A stretch of DNA of 64,000 nucleotides from Lama glama. Its lineage: Eukaryota. A program made the translations under genes and the position numbers. How positions within the stretch are numbered: the stretch's first letter is position 1; each line of letters opens with the position of its first letter. Positions 1 through 12,480 of this stretch are shown here, in pieces. The stretch covers positions 1,426,001 to 1,490,000 of the forward strand of contig JAPYYK010000086.1 in the NCBI GenBank assembly GCA_028534125.1, read 5' to 3'. The notes under the pieces were generated by a model that was given only the letters and a program-made list of their open reading frames with translations, was not told the DNA's origin and did not search any database.

Positions 1-1359
1 AGTGTGCCACATGAGAGCTGCGTGTTTCTGCTCAGCAGGTTGAAACTCTAACAGATGAATTTGGGTTGCAAGTGTATTTTTTTTTTTTAGCAACTTATTT
101 TGTCTTTGGTCTACCATCAAATTGAGGTCTGAAAACATTTCCCAGCAATCAGACATTGGCTAAGCCTTTGCCCCTCTTTCTCACGCAGCAGCCCTCTGGT
201 GATAGTTGAATGACTCAAGGAACTTGACTTTGTTGCACCGTTTCTTGCGGTCATCAGAACTAGTGTTTTCCCATAAGATGAGGATGACGATGGGAGTGAG
301 GAGGGTGAAAGCCACCATTTATTTTACGCTTACTAAGCTGATGGCTTTCCCAACTGTTTTGCATTCTTTATCCTTTCTCCTCCAAGTTACTGACTATCTG
401 TGGTAGGGACTGCTGTTACCCTGCTGAACAGAGGAAAGGGTCGCTTTAGTTAGTGACTCGTCTGTAATTTGAAGCAGATATATCTGATCCTAATGCCCAT
501 GCCTTATGCCTCCCCAAAAGTCTCAGGGGAGTTGGCGCACGGGAAAAAACCTCTATATTGAATTGCTTAAAAACACATCCTGAGGGGTGTCCCAAAACAT
601 TGTAAACACAGGTACAGGTAAAAGCTGCAAACTGAACTGTGGGTACTGGTGTTGGCTTAAAGGGGGGCCAGTAACTCTGTGCTCGAAGCACAAATGTGAG
701 TTGCCTGATTCCCTGTCGACAGTGTTGACTCTGAGGCACTGCTGGTCCCTGGAGGTTCCTCAGGTAGCACAGAAGCACTGGGTGTTTGATAAATGTATCC
801 TGGCAACTTCTGGGGAGGGATCTTGGGTGTCTTGCCCGAGGAATACCTGGGGCATACCTGCTCAATTCACGGAGCTGCGGCAAAGATGCCGTTCGCAGGT
901 TACCCAGAAGCGGACCTTAGCATCTCATCCGAAAGTTCCCAGGGATTGTGAAGCAGAGGTTCCTCACACATCTCAAAATTATTTCTCTTGACTTTCCACG
1001 GTGGGGTCATTCAGCAAGTCTGTGAGGCCCTGGAGAGCATCATGAGGAGGGGGTTGGAATCAGAGACAGATTCTGATGTGGAACCAGTGTCTCCCTTGTG
1101 CTGTAGATGCAATAGATCTAGAAAGTCAAGGACAAGTAACGTACCTTTGAATTGAGCTCTGCAGGGAAGGACTGACAGATGGTTTTCTGTTTTTCTGAAA
1201 TTGATTAGCCCATTTCCCCATGTACATTAATATTTTGGTTATTGCCAAAAATCATGCAAGGTCTTAAATAGGCACCATCTAAACACAGTTGGGATGTGTC
1301 CCACTGAATGGCGTAGGCCATCTCCTCCTGATTGTATTTGTCTCATCTGAAGCTCAGTG

Positions 1360-1452
1360 GGGGTGGGAACTTTGTTTTGTTCACTCTGCTACCCCCAGCT
1401 CTTGTCTCCATACCAAGCACTGAGTAAATGGTTTTTGAATGAATGAATGAAC
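1360..1452 (+). mobile_element. L2 LINE 3' end fragment
   Basis: tttgttttgttcactctgctacccccagc...tgaatgaatgaatgaa, the typical L2 terminus. Confidence 0.65.
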
Positions 1453-1699
1453 AGATAAAAATTAGTGGAAGGATGAGTTTGGGGCCAGGATGGGCTTCTT
1501 AGAAAGAGGGCTGAAGTCATCATCATAGGCTACACTTTCTTAAGAGTGTTCTAAGAAGTGTTCAAGTTTGGTTTGTCTTAAATCAGTTCTTAATTCTGCC
1601 CCAAATCACTGCATTTTAATGTAAGGAAGAGTCTGAACTACACAGCTTTAGATCTCTTGCTCAAAATGTATTGTTCTTCCTTCATCTTACCTGCCTGCC

Positions 1700-1885
1700 T
1701 TCAAGTGCCATTGCTGTTACTTACAAGCTAAGCTGAGTGTCCTTGGACAAGTGACTTCATCTCTCTGCTAATAATCATTACCTTTTCTGTGGGGTTGTTA
1801 AGAAGGTTCAAGGAGATAGTACTGTTAAAGTGTTCAGTGTATGAAGTGTTGGTATGCAGAAGGAATGCAATAAATGTTAGCTGCG
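1700..1885 (+). mobile_element. MIR SINE
   Basis: ccttggacaagtgacttcatctctctg ... caataaatgttagct, matching MIR core and tail. Confidence 0.7.
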
Positions 1886-1924
1886 GTGATTGTAGTTAAT
1901 AAGAGCACTGTTCCATCTTCTTAG

Positions 1925-2115
1925 GGGGAGGTTCCGGGTCCAGCTCCATGAGCAGGGGTGAGATGAGCCTGGCTGAGGTTCAGTGCCACCTCGACAAGGA
2001 GGGCGCCTCCAATCTGGTCATCGATCTCATCATGAACGCGTCCAGTGACCGAGTGTTTCATGAAAGCATCCTCCTGGCCATCGCCCTCCTGGAAGGAGGC
2101 AACACCACCATACAG
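1925..2115 (+). CDS. ITPR1: ITPR1 internal coding exon (window exon 1): [63 protein letters not shown]
   Basis: Acceptor ttcttag at 1924, donor CAG|gtagga at 2116. Translation is recognisable IP3R1. 191 nt, phase 1 to 0. Confidence 0.97.
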
Positions 2116-4489
2116 GTAGGAGGGTGGCTTGGCTGCTGGTGGGCAGCCCTGCTGAATAGGAGGAGGCTCTCCTCTAGGGGCTGGGTGCCCGGGTGGTGCA
2201 CAGACTCTTGCATAGGGGATAGCTCATTCTTAGGGCACAAAATTCTGTTGTTCGAAAAAGCACATTCTATTGAAATCGTACTGTGGCCATTCAGTCATAA
2301 TTCAGGCTTGATTCTAAAACATGGGTTACCTTTGAAAATTTGTAGAATGCTGAGGTTGTGCAAAGCAAGTTGGCCCAGGATTTGGGGCATAATGAGTAAT
2401 CCATAAAGGTTGGTTTGATGAATGATTGAAATGAATTATATGTATAGTTTTTAATCCAAGATCCCAGAGGATCCCATCACAAGATGACCAGAAGGAGTTT
2501 GGACTTTGTGTGCTAATTATATTTGTTACATCTATGGACCCTATAGTTCCTGCTGACTATAAATTTCTCTGCCTTTTAACTGAAAAGCTCAGTACAACTG
2601 AACCAGTTTGAAATAATAGGAACTAACTGGGGAAAGCCAGGCTAGGTGAGTCAAAGATGAGTAATGCCTTTTTGTTGCCTGGGTATGATCCATTTTAGAA
2701 TATAATAACTTTAAATTACTGTTTCAATTATCTTTAATTAAAAATTTAAAAATACTTTCATTAAATTAATATGTAATTAATTTAAAAGTAATAATAGTAA
2801 GTAGAATTCTTAGACGTTCTTAAAAAGCAATTTTAATGAATTTTAATAGTATATACATTTTCATATATAATTTTCATGTATAAATGGCCCTTAAAATGAT
2901 TCCTTTAAATATTTTTAGTATCCCCTTCTTAATGCATTCTTCATTCTTTGCCTCTGCGCAGGGATAACTTTTTCACACACACACATTTTGATAATAGTTT
3001 TTGATTGAGATATAATTTACATGGCATAAAATTCACCTGTATGTATGTATTTGACTTGACCTTATACTCTTGGTCTTGAGTTTAAATTCAGAGTCTGGAT
3101 TAGTGAAGTTTTGGTTCTTGGTACAAATTTTAAAAGGGCGTTTCTTCCTGTTGGCAGATGTGCCCCTAGCCAGGGCTCCTGGGTTTCAGCCCCCGGTCAC
3201 CCTTCAGCCAGGTGCCCTGTGCCCGCCCAGCCTGCACAGTGACTGCGGGGTCCTGTCTCCTCGCCCTCCAGTCCCCACTTGCCCCAACACACACTCTCGA
3301 AGTTCATTATATACGCTGCCCGAAGTTGAATGTTGTGCCTGCGGGAGAGTCTGCTGCATAGCTGAGCTGTCACATGGGCACACGTGACCTGCAGTGTGTG
3401 GGGTTGCTGTTTGATTTCGTCCCACGTGAATCCGTCAGGATTTGCACGCCCACTGCCGTGGTCCTGGCGTCTGGGTGCGCGTGTTGGAATGGAAGCAGGG
3501 CTGGAAAGCTCCTGGTCTCTGTGATTTCCAGTGACTCGAGCAGTCAGACTAAACATTTTTCGAGCACTTTCTGTATACACGGCGCTCTACTGGGGATTTC
3601 AGGTTAGTGGTTTCCAGACACTGGGGCCAATCGGTCTACGAGAATTTTCTCCAGGCACAGCCAAGTGTGGAAATGAGGGCAGTGTGGTCAGTTTTTCATA
3701 AACCAAATATGCCAGTTTGAGGGACCATCTGGCCATTTTATTCTGAAGTTCTATCCTGATCAGTTTTTCTTAGCTCTGATGTCTTTTCTTTGATGAAATG
3801 GTATTGATAGTGGATGGGAGTTGGGGTTTTTCCTCTACTGGCCAAATAAGAAGTTGGAAGCCCTAGGTTATTCCCTCCCTTCCTCAAAAACAAGCAAAGA
3901 AAACAAAACTTTGCTAATTTGAGAAATCACAAAGGCCCAATCTTCAAGAAATTGATGATCTAGCAAAGATTTAAGACTTGGTATGCATGCACGTAGGGAG
4001 CTGTGTCTCCAGAATGATGTGTCATGCCATCCAAGAGGCAGGAAAATTACTGTGGACCCTCCAAGGAAGAAGCAACGACACCTGTGTGAGGCGTTGATAG
4101 GAGGTTTTTTGATGAGGTGGACTTTGAAGAAGGAGTGTGGGGTCTGAAGGGTGGGATTTGGGCACATGGCTGGGACATGGGGAGGCTCGCTCATGGTGCA
4201 TGGGAGAGGAGGCCCAGAGGTGCAGGAGCAGACATGCTCCCACAGCGGGGACTGGGTCCTTTGGGGTGAGCAGAACAGGCAGAGGAGGGTGGAAGGGGGA
4301 CTGGGGATGTGATGGCAGTTGTACACAGTAGCCCAGAAGCACCCCGAGGGGCCTCGGCGCTGTAATGTAGGACTGTAAATCTGACAGATAACTTGAGAAA
4401 AGCAGGTCCTAGAGGGAGGCAGTTCGATAATTAAAAAGTCAATTTGAAATTGTTTAGGAGAGCTAATGAAAGCCTGAATTCAAAATGAG

Positions 4490-4600
4490 TGTATGATAGA
4501 ATTAGTCATCTGGTAGGGGAGGTTACTTTCTAGGAGGGGCAGAAGGGAGCCTTTTGAGGGTTTGGTGCTACATCTTGGTCTAGGTGGTGGTTACATGGGC
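4490..4600 (+). mobile_element. Old L1M 3' UTR fragment
   Basis: aggggcagaagggagccttttgaggg...catcttggtctaggtggtggttacatggg. Confidence 0.5.
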
Positions 4601-6098
4601 AATTAAAAAAAATGAAAAGAAAAATGGGGAGAAAAACTATTCTGAACCTGATTACAGCAGGATGTCATGAATGGAGTCTCTCCAACCCCCACCCCCCACT
4701 CAAGGCTGGTGCCTTAGACCCATTTATAGTTAATACACGTTGGCCAGAGTGTCACCTGATTGGATACTGGAGCCCCAGTTGGCTCTCGAGGCTTTAAAGA
4801 GTCTGGATGACTAGACACAAGAAGACACCGTTAATTAAGGAAGCGTGAAGCGAAGAGAGGGCTCGAGGGGGCTGAGGGCCGCCGGCGCCGAGCCTGGCTG
4901 GCAAGATGAAGTCAGAGATTCTGGCAAGATGCCGTGTTTTTCACAGTGTACCCCTGATGGTGATGGCAAGGCACACAGAAGCTGTTTTTCCTTCAAGTTC
5001 TTTATCTTGTAAAGTAATGGTGAATATTAGTTTCGTGTTTTCACACATTCATTACTCATATGCTCAGGCTGCAGAGGAAATGCCACGAGGGAGTTTTAGC
5101 CGTTGAGCCTCCCGGAGCAGGGCTGTTTTCTGTCGGAGGAGCCCATGTGCTCGTGGGTGGGTGGGTGGGTCTGGGTGTGGTGGCCTGTGGGCCCCCCGCC
5201 AGGGTGGGACGCACCGCCCTGAGTGCCGGCTTGCTTCCCCCATCTCTCCCCTCTCTCCTCCTGTGATCTCAGGGACTGCTGGGAGCATCTCACCCGCTGC
5301 CTCATTAGAGATTTGTGGTTCCAGGAAGATTAATTGTAGCCTGGAGTTGACTTGTGAGATCCCCTTGGCCCCGCGTGTCTCTTTCTCTGGAGAAAATGGT
5401 GAGGAATTCAGGTTGTTTCAGGCCAGTTAAGGACAGACACCCTGAAGCACCAGAGGGAGTGACTCAGTTTCGTCTTGCCTTAGAGAAGCTGGTTCAGAGT
5501 AGTAAACGAGCAGCTGGGGGGTTAGTGCGAGTCGGATTCTGACCGCAGTGGTGGCGGTTACTGATGGCTGAAGTCCTGTCCCAGCCAGGGCTCACTGCCC
5601 GCTCTTGCTTCCTGTTCATCGTCTTGTGTCACCTGCCCAGGGAGGGAGGGCGGTCTGGGCTCAGGTGGGCGCCCCTGGATTCCTGTTTCCCAGTGACAGG
5701 TGGGAAGGGCGGTCGCTGGGGAGTGCAGGGCTGCGTGGTTCCAGAACTGGGCTGCCTGTCCGAGGAGAGGGCTGCAGAAGGGCCCTTGTGCTCACAAACA
5801 CCTCCCCCAGGGTGTGGGGCCTGCTTCCTGCAGAGGAGAAGGGGACTGACACCCGCTTTCCAGCCCGCTTTCGTGTAGGATTTGGAAAGTCATTGCTGGG
5901 TTTCTGTTCCTGTGTCGTCAGACACGAGACACACATACACGTGGACTCCTGAGTTCTTTGACGCTTTGAATCAGGGCTTTCTAGCAATATCCATTGTTTT
6001 CCCAGAAAATCTTAGAATCTAGTAGGTATGGCTAGCCGACTCCACTTCTGAGGTCTTTTCTCCCTGGCTTGTGACAATAATTTTAAATATGGTGATTG

Positions 6099-6258
6099 CC
6101 TACTGTGCAGCACAGGGGACTATCTTCAGCAGCTTGCAGTAGCCTCTAATGACAAAGAATACGGAAAGGAAAAATATGTACGTATAAATGAATCACTGTG
6201 CTGTGCACCAGAGATTAACACATTGTAAATCAACTATACTTCAATTAGGAAACAAAAA
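6099..6258 (+). mobile_element. 5'-truncated cetartiodactyl-type L1 3' end
   Basis: cctactgtgcagcacaggggactat...aatgaatcactgtgctgtgcaccagagattaacacattgtaaatcaactatacttcaatt followed by an A-rich tail. Confidence 0.8.
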
Positions 6259-6645
6259 GGTGATGGACAGACTGTGGTACATCCATACAGCATGAACACT
6301 ACTCTGTGATAAAAAAGGAATGAACTACTGATAAACGTGATAACATGGGGCCCCTCAAAGCGTTATGCTGAGTGAAAGAAGCCAGTCTCAGAGGGTGACA
6401 CCCTGTATGGTTCTATTTGTACGACGTTCTCCAAAGGACCAGGCTGTAGTGATGGAGAACAGAGCAGCGTTTGCCACCATAAGGGTGAGGGGAGAATCTG
6501 ACTGTAAGGGAACAGCACAGAGGACTTTTTTGGGTGATGCCACAGTTGAGTGTCTTGCTTTGGGCATACAAATCTCTACATGCGTGAGAATTTGTAGAAC
6601 TGCACACCAAAAGAGTCAGTTCCACTGTATGATCATTAAGTGAAA
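6259..6645 (+). mobile_element. Old L1M (L1MC-like) 3' region
   Basis: actgtggtacatccataca...aaaaaaggaatgaactactgata...ttatgctgagtgaaagaagccagtctca. Confidence 0.8.
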
Positions 6646-6664
6646 AGCCATGTGATGTTGATGA

Positions 6665-6890
6665 TGACCAGCATTTATTAAGTGCCTACTGTGGACCAGG
6701 AACTGCATGTCAGTGCTCCCCTTGTATCATCTCATTTGGTCCTCACAGTCTCCCTGCCAGGCAGGTGCCACGCTTACCCCTCTACAGGTAAGGAAATGAA
6801 AGCCCCAGATAGTTAAGGAGCTTGCCCCACATCACACCAGCAGTAAGTAGCAGGGCCACGTGGCTTGGCTCCCCAGACTCCTCCTTGCCT
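6665..6890 (-). mobile_element. MIR SINE
   Basis: agcatttattaagtgcctactgtg...tacaggtaaggaaatgaaagcccc...gttaaggagcttgccccacatcacac. Confidence 0.75.
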
Positions 6891-7274
6891 GCAACAGCTT
6901 CATTGCTGAGGATGATGGTGAAGATCGGAGGAGGAAGGCAGGTGCTTGATAAGGAAGACGACTTTCTCCTTTTCACAAGTGAAGTCCTTGTCACCTCCCA
7001 GGACAGAGGCGTGCGTGGGCCAGGGATGGGCCCACGGCTGCAGCGCTCAGTGGGGAAGGCGAGTGGCACTCGCGTCCGGTTGCCGTTGGCTTCTGGTTGC
7101 GAAGCCCTTTCCCTCCGGCTGTGCCGTCTGAGTCTCCAGGCGGGGCTGTGAGGTGTGCTGCGCGTGCGTTCTCCCCGTCACACAGGTGAGGGAACAGGAG
7201 GCGAGCGAGGGGTGGGGCAAAGCCCGAGCTGAGGATCACGTGCCTCTCGTCCCCTCCTCTCCTGCCCCCGGCCT

Positions 7275-7790
7275 TAGTTATCTTACTGTTGAGCTGTTGT
7301 GTTGATCACCTCAAAACTTAATGGCTTGATTAAAGCCATGGCCATCCTGACCCCTGTCCTGTTTCTGTGGGCTTGGGCTCAGCTGGGCGGTTCTGCTCTG
7401 TGTGGTCCCGGCCGGGGCTGCAGTCATCAGGGGCGTGATGGGGCTGGGACGCCCAAGACGACCGCTTGCGTGGCCGTGGCGCTGGTGCTGGCCCTCATCT
7501 GGGAGCTGAGCAGTGGCTGTCGCCTTGGTTCTCCTCCGTGCGGCCTCTCTGTGCGGTGTGGGCTGCTTAGAGGACGGTGGCTGCGTGCTCAAAAGTCGTG
7601 TTTGAGGAGTGGGACGTGGAAGCCACCAGGTGTTTCAGGACCTGGGCTTGGAATCCTTAGTACAACACCGATGCCACATTCTGTCGGTCAGAGCCCGTTG
7701 TGAGCCCAGTTTCAGGGGGAGGGGAGAAGGGTCTACCTCTTGCTTTGAGGTGGGCATGTACACAAAGGAGAGGGAGTTGTGGGGCCACCT
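7275..7790. mobile_element. MaLR LTR (MLT1-like solo LTR)
   Basis: ttagttatctt...atcacctcaaaacttaatggctt ... tgccacattctgtcggtcagag, characteristic MLT1 motifs. Confidence 0.65.
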
Positions 7791-10497
7791 GGGGGGACTG
7801 GCTCCCCCACGGGCACCTGTGACAGTGGATTGAGACCTACCATGGGTCAGCTGAGCCCCTGAGTTGGGTGTTACAGCTGTGCCCAACTGGTGGCACCACT
7901 GTCTCTGCCCTGGAAGCTCAGTCCCTTCTGGGCAGAAGTGTCAACTCATGTCCTTCCCCTTTTGAGGGTGTGTGAAAACCCACACCCTGTCCAGAGGATA
8001 AGGTCACTGGGGACCATGGCTCTTCAGAAGTTCTAAACTTCATGGCCTAGACTTCAGAAAATTCAATTTATGGGAATCCAAAAGTAAGGACCTATGTGCT
8101 TGCTAGGAACCCTCATGCAGAGAATTTGCTCCTTTTTTCTGAAACTGTACAATCTGTCGTGTCATCACGTAAGCCTTGAAGCCCAATTTAGGATATTTCC
8201 TGGCCTGGCATAATGGACTCCTAGGGGCCGTGTCCCCAAGTCTTCCAGTGTCTTCTGTCCCTGCCCTGGCTTCTCTGATGCTGGTAACATCTGAGGATGG
8301 GCACTGCCTCCCAAACTTCTACCCGGGTACCATCGGAGCGGCTCAGGCTTCATGGCAAACCCTCTGCTTCCGGGAGCAACAAGACCACACCGGCACCTTG
8401 GGACCCCCAGGGATGGGTGGCTTTGTCGAGCGGTGGGATCAGGCATCTCCTGAAGAGTAACCCTGCTTTCTTTCTGCACTCTCCAGTGCCACCCACTTCC
8501 TGCCAGCCCCCAGAAGAAATCTTTCCATTCTGCTTGATGTTTTGTAGCCAGTGGGAAACTATAAAATAAGCATTTGCTTATGAATTAATTTTTGGCACAC
8601 GCCAGGCTCAGCCAGTCTCATGGCACTTGCATATCCGTCCTCCGAGTCCTTGCCAACTTCTCTGTTCCTTCCTCCTGAGATGTTCCCACCAGCGCCCGGG
8701 GGAAGTTCCCTCGCTTCCTCTTCCCTGCGGGAGGCCACAGGCCCTTCTCACCTGGAGAAGAGGAGGAGGGTGTATCTCTGAACATACTTCACGTTCGGGG
8801 TTTTTTTTAAGCACACACAGGTGTTTGGGGGTATATGTGCTGACATGATCCTAGAGAACCTCACAGCAAAGGAAGGAGACAGATACAAAAAAATTTTTTT
8901 GGATTAATTGCTTCCGGATTGCAGCAGCACAGTGAATTGTATGTATCGAAAGGCAGCCCACGGCTCTCCCTATGCCAAGTCAAGCCTACAGACACACCCA
9001 AAAAGGATTTTCTTTTCCGCACGTACACAGCGAGAGTTGGAAAATGTGAGAAGTGCTCTGTCAGGAAGCTGGCTTGCAGATTCAGCTGAGAGAGAGAGAG
9101 ATCCCTCGTCCAGGGGCCTTTCCCTCACCACACACTTATTTTTTGAGGTTGGCTTAAGACATCAGCCCACGAGCCAATATTCGATATGAAGTCTCCCAGC
9201 CCTTCCAGAAGAAGTCACCAAGAAGGCCCTGAGGGGGAGCTTGCTGGAGGCCACCTCTGACCCCAGCGAGCAGAGATGGGGGGCGGGAAGGGTAGTTGGC
9301 ACGGACGGCCAGCTGGTGAGGAAGGTCAGCCTTGGTTTGACAGGGCAGCCACCCGGAGGAGGAGGAGGAGGAGATGGGTGTGAGAGCGAGTTACGTAAAA
9401 GGGTGTTGTGTTTGGCAGAGGGGTCAGAAATGAGTCACTTCTGAGCGGTGTTTTCTGACCTCGGGATTTATCCATGTGGGAGAAGAGTGTGGCCAGCAGT
9501 GGGGAAGACTGCTTTCTCCCCGGCCTGGGGGTGTGGGAGCTGATGGCATGAAAATAAGAGGGAGGCAGGTGGCCCGGCCCAGAAGGGTCCGGACGGTGAA
9601 GCCGCCGGCGTGGTTCCGGGAGGGCTGCCCGTCGGTCCTCCCTGGAGAGTGGGTGGCGCGGGGTCAGGGACCTGGGGGGACACTGCCCAGGAGGGAAGGT
9701 GGCGCCGGGGAAGGAACTTGGCCTCCAGAGTGGAAACACCTGGGCTGGATTCTAGCCCTGCCCCAACTAGCGGGGTGACCTTGAACTTACTCAGGATGCT
9801 CAGGAACTCAGTTGGCTCATCTCTGAAACGAGAGTTAGAAGGACTGAGTCCCTTCCTTACTCAGCTGTCGAGAGGACTGACCAGTAAGGTCAGGGTGGGG
9901 CGCACAGCCCAGCAGAGCTGCAGGGATGGGGCCGCGGCCGTGGGGCGGGTTGGTTTGGGAGAGTGAGGGAGGCCCCTCCCCCCGCCTCACCGCAGCCCAT
10001 CTCAGGGCTCCGGGCAGGTCGCTGACCGCCTGGCCCGGCTCCAGGCCCGAGAGCGGCTCAGTGTCATACCCCTGGGGCTCCCGGGACGGGCGGACCGGGT
10101 GACTCACAGAAAGTGCGTCGCTCAGTGCTGGAGTGCGGATGTGAGATCCGCAAGATCTCACAATGAGGTGGCAATTATGTGTATTAATACAATTTTTATT
10201 ATTTAAAAACAGGCTTTGTTTTATTCAGTTTGTTTTCTGTCAAAAATCTTCCTTCTGATACTTTGCTTCTGTGTAGTGGTTTATGATCCAGTCTGCAGTT
10301 ATACGTTTTCACACACAGTTCGCCTGAGTCCCTCTGACTGCTTGTATATTTGAAGTGATTTTAGGGGTCCAGGAGGTTGGGAGACTTCATTGCCTTGGGT
10401 ACCAGCTACTTAAACCGACAGACGTTCTGGGTGAAGCAAAGAGCAGCAGGCAATCCAGTTCACTGCTCCCTGAGCCAGGACATTTTTTTCCTTCTCT

Positions 10498-10499
<2 letters not shown>

Positions 10500-10541
<42 letters not shown>
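10500..10541 (+). repeat. (TTA)n microsatellite, about 14 units
   Basis: Seen directly. Explains the poly-Y and poly-I ORFs. Confidence 0.98.
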
Positions 10542-11372
10542 TGGGGGCCCAAGTCATCCTTTGACAAATGCTCTTCCTCTCCACTCCCAGACAACTGGCA
10601 TGTCACCGAACAGGAGTCTTTTAGGATTATTGGTGTAGATCCAGGTTTTGAAGTGAAAACTCAAGATCCAAAAGTAGTTCCCATGCTTGGGAACACGGGA
10701 CTTGGATGAACTCCCACGGCTCTCTTTGTGGTGCGGGCACCGGATGGTGCGTGGACCCACTGGCACTGGGTTCTGCATTTCAGGGCAGGACGTTACTGCA
10801 AAGATGGTCAGCACGTTCCTTCTCACTTGGGTTCCAGAAGCACCAACCTGTCCACGTGGTCTTAGGGGATAATACGCATCCTGGCTCGTGCTTTTAGAGA
10901 AACAGGAGACCCAGTGTTACTTTTCTTCTTCCCCAAGTAGCAGAGCCAGCAGTTCAGGGAGGAGTGTTCTTCTGGCCTTCCCTAGGAGGGCAGCAGTTAG
11001 GGAGTTGAGGGGAGATCTTTGGCAGGAAAGTGTTAATCACCTTCCATCCTACAAAACCCATAGGCAGGAATTAGTTTCTAAGACATGTCTTCAGCGGAAG
11101 CCTCGGGTTTTCCACAATCTCCAAAACTTGAGTTGGGGGCAGAAAAAAAGTCAGAGAAGACTTGGAAATAGCTGTCAATCGAGCCACCGTTTCATTGTAT
11201 CCTATTAAATCCACAGCAGGTCTAAGTCTTCCTTCTTTCCTTCTCTTCCCTCAGCACCAGCAAGAGGCCTCTGTTCTTCCTAACTTTCCTTAGTGGCTTG
11301 TGAGGATGGAGGGCCTCTTAAACTCCCCAGCTGACACCAAACCCTCCTCTGTTGGCTGATGGTACATTGGTC

Positions 11373-11593
11373 CAGAGGCTGGCGAACTATGGCCGGCGGG
11401 TTGAATCCTGCCGGCTGCCTGCTTTTGTAAATAAAGTTTTATTGGAACACAGCCATCCTGTTCCTGCGGCGCTGCCTCTGGCTGTTCTCGTGCTGCCCAG
11501 GCAGAGCTGAGAAGTTGCACACAGACTGAATGGCCGGCAAATCCTAGAATATTTTCAGCTTGGCCCTTGACAGAAAACCTTTGCCAGCCCATG
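11373..11593 (+). mobile_element. MER58A-like hAT-Charlie non-autonomous DNA transposon, near full length
   Basis: cagaggctggcgaact...ttttgtaaataaagttttattggaacacagcca...cctttgccagcccatg, with degenerate terminal inverted repeats. Confidence 0.85.
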
Positions 11594-12119
11594 TTTGTTG
11601 AGTCTTTGCTGTCTAGATAGGAAAAGAACCCTGTCGTAACCCCATTGCTCTGTGTTCTTTACCCCCTGGTAGGGTGATGATAGATTTGAGGTAAATATCC
11701 ACCAGATGACTAATATCCTAAGACGCAGGAAGTTTGGCCCCCGACTCAGCTAATAAGCGGGAATTCAGGGAAGGAGAGGCCTCTGCATTCTCTTTCCTTT
11801 TCTGGTCGTGGGCTGATCGCCCTTCTTCCTTCACTGCCTGTTTCCCGCCTTTCAGCACAGGTTTGATGGGGAGGCTCGGGGGCGCGTCCCCACAGGGATC
11901 TGTGTGTGTGGCTCAGAGTCTGGAGTTCTCATCCCGGAAGCCCTCTCTGACCATCCTTCCCCAGTGCGCCACATTTTAGGTTAGTCACTTCGCTGAGGCC
12001 TTATGCTGTTCCCTTGTTGAGCTTCCCACAGAGGTTTTCCCTAGTGATGAACACGAGGTCTCCCTGGGGCACGTACAGTTAACCTTCAAAGAGCTGAAAC
12101 GCTGACGCCAGGTCTCCAG

Positions 12120-12480
12120 CCCGGTTACCTTCTTTTTCTCCAAACTCCCTGGGTGATTTCGCCCATTCCCCGAGGCTTCTAGCTATCATTTCTGCCAGCA
12201 CTGCCCAAAGGTACAGCTCCTGGCCCCAGCTCTCTGCTGATTCCCAGATCTCTCTGCCAATCCCTGCTGGGCATCTCCACCTACCTCAGCGTTAACTGTA
12301 AGTTTACATGACCCCCAAGCATGCCTGCCGCCTCCTGTCTTCCACCCCATCTGCCTTTTTGAGGTCTGCGTCTTGGTTGATGGACCCTCACCCCCACCCC
12401 TCCAGTCTCTGAGCTAGAAACCTTGAGGTCCTCGGTCTCCTCCGTCTTGAGTTTTGTCAGGAACTCCTGCTGCGCCCGCT
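12120..12480 (+). mobile_element. L2 LINE fragment
   Basis: ctccctgggtgatttcgcccattcccc...ctgctgggcatctccacc, pyrimidine-rich L2 body. Confidence 0.55.

Noticed and set aside
2690-2940. Very AT-rich block with TTAATTAA palindromes
   Set aside because: Low-complexity sequence next to a decayed L1 fragment. No specific structure that I can support.
10355-10709. ORFs with poly-Tyr and poly-Ile runs
   Set aside because: Artefacts of the (TTA)n microsatellite.
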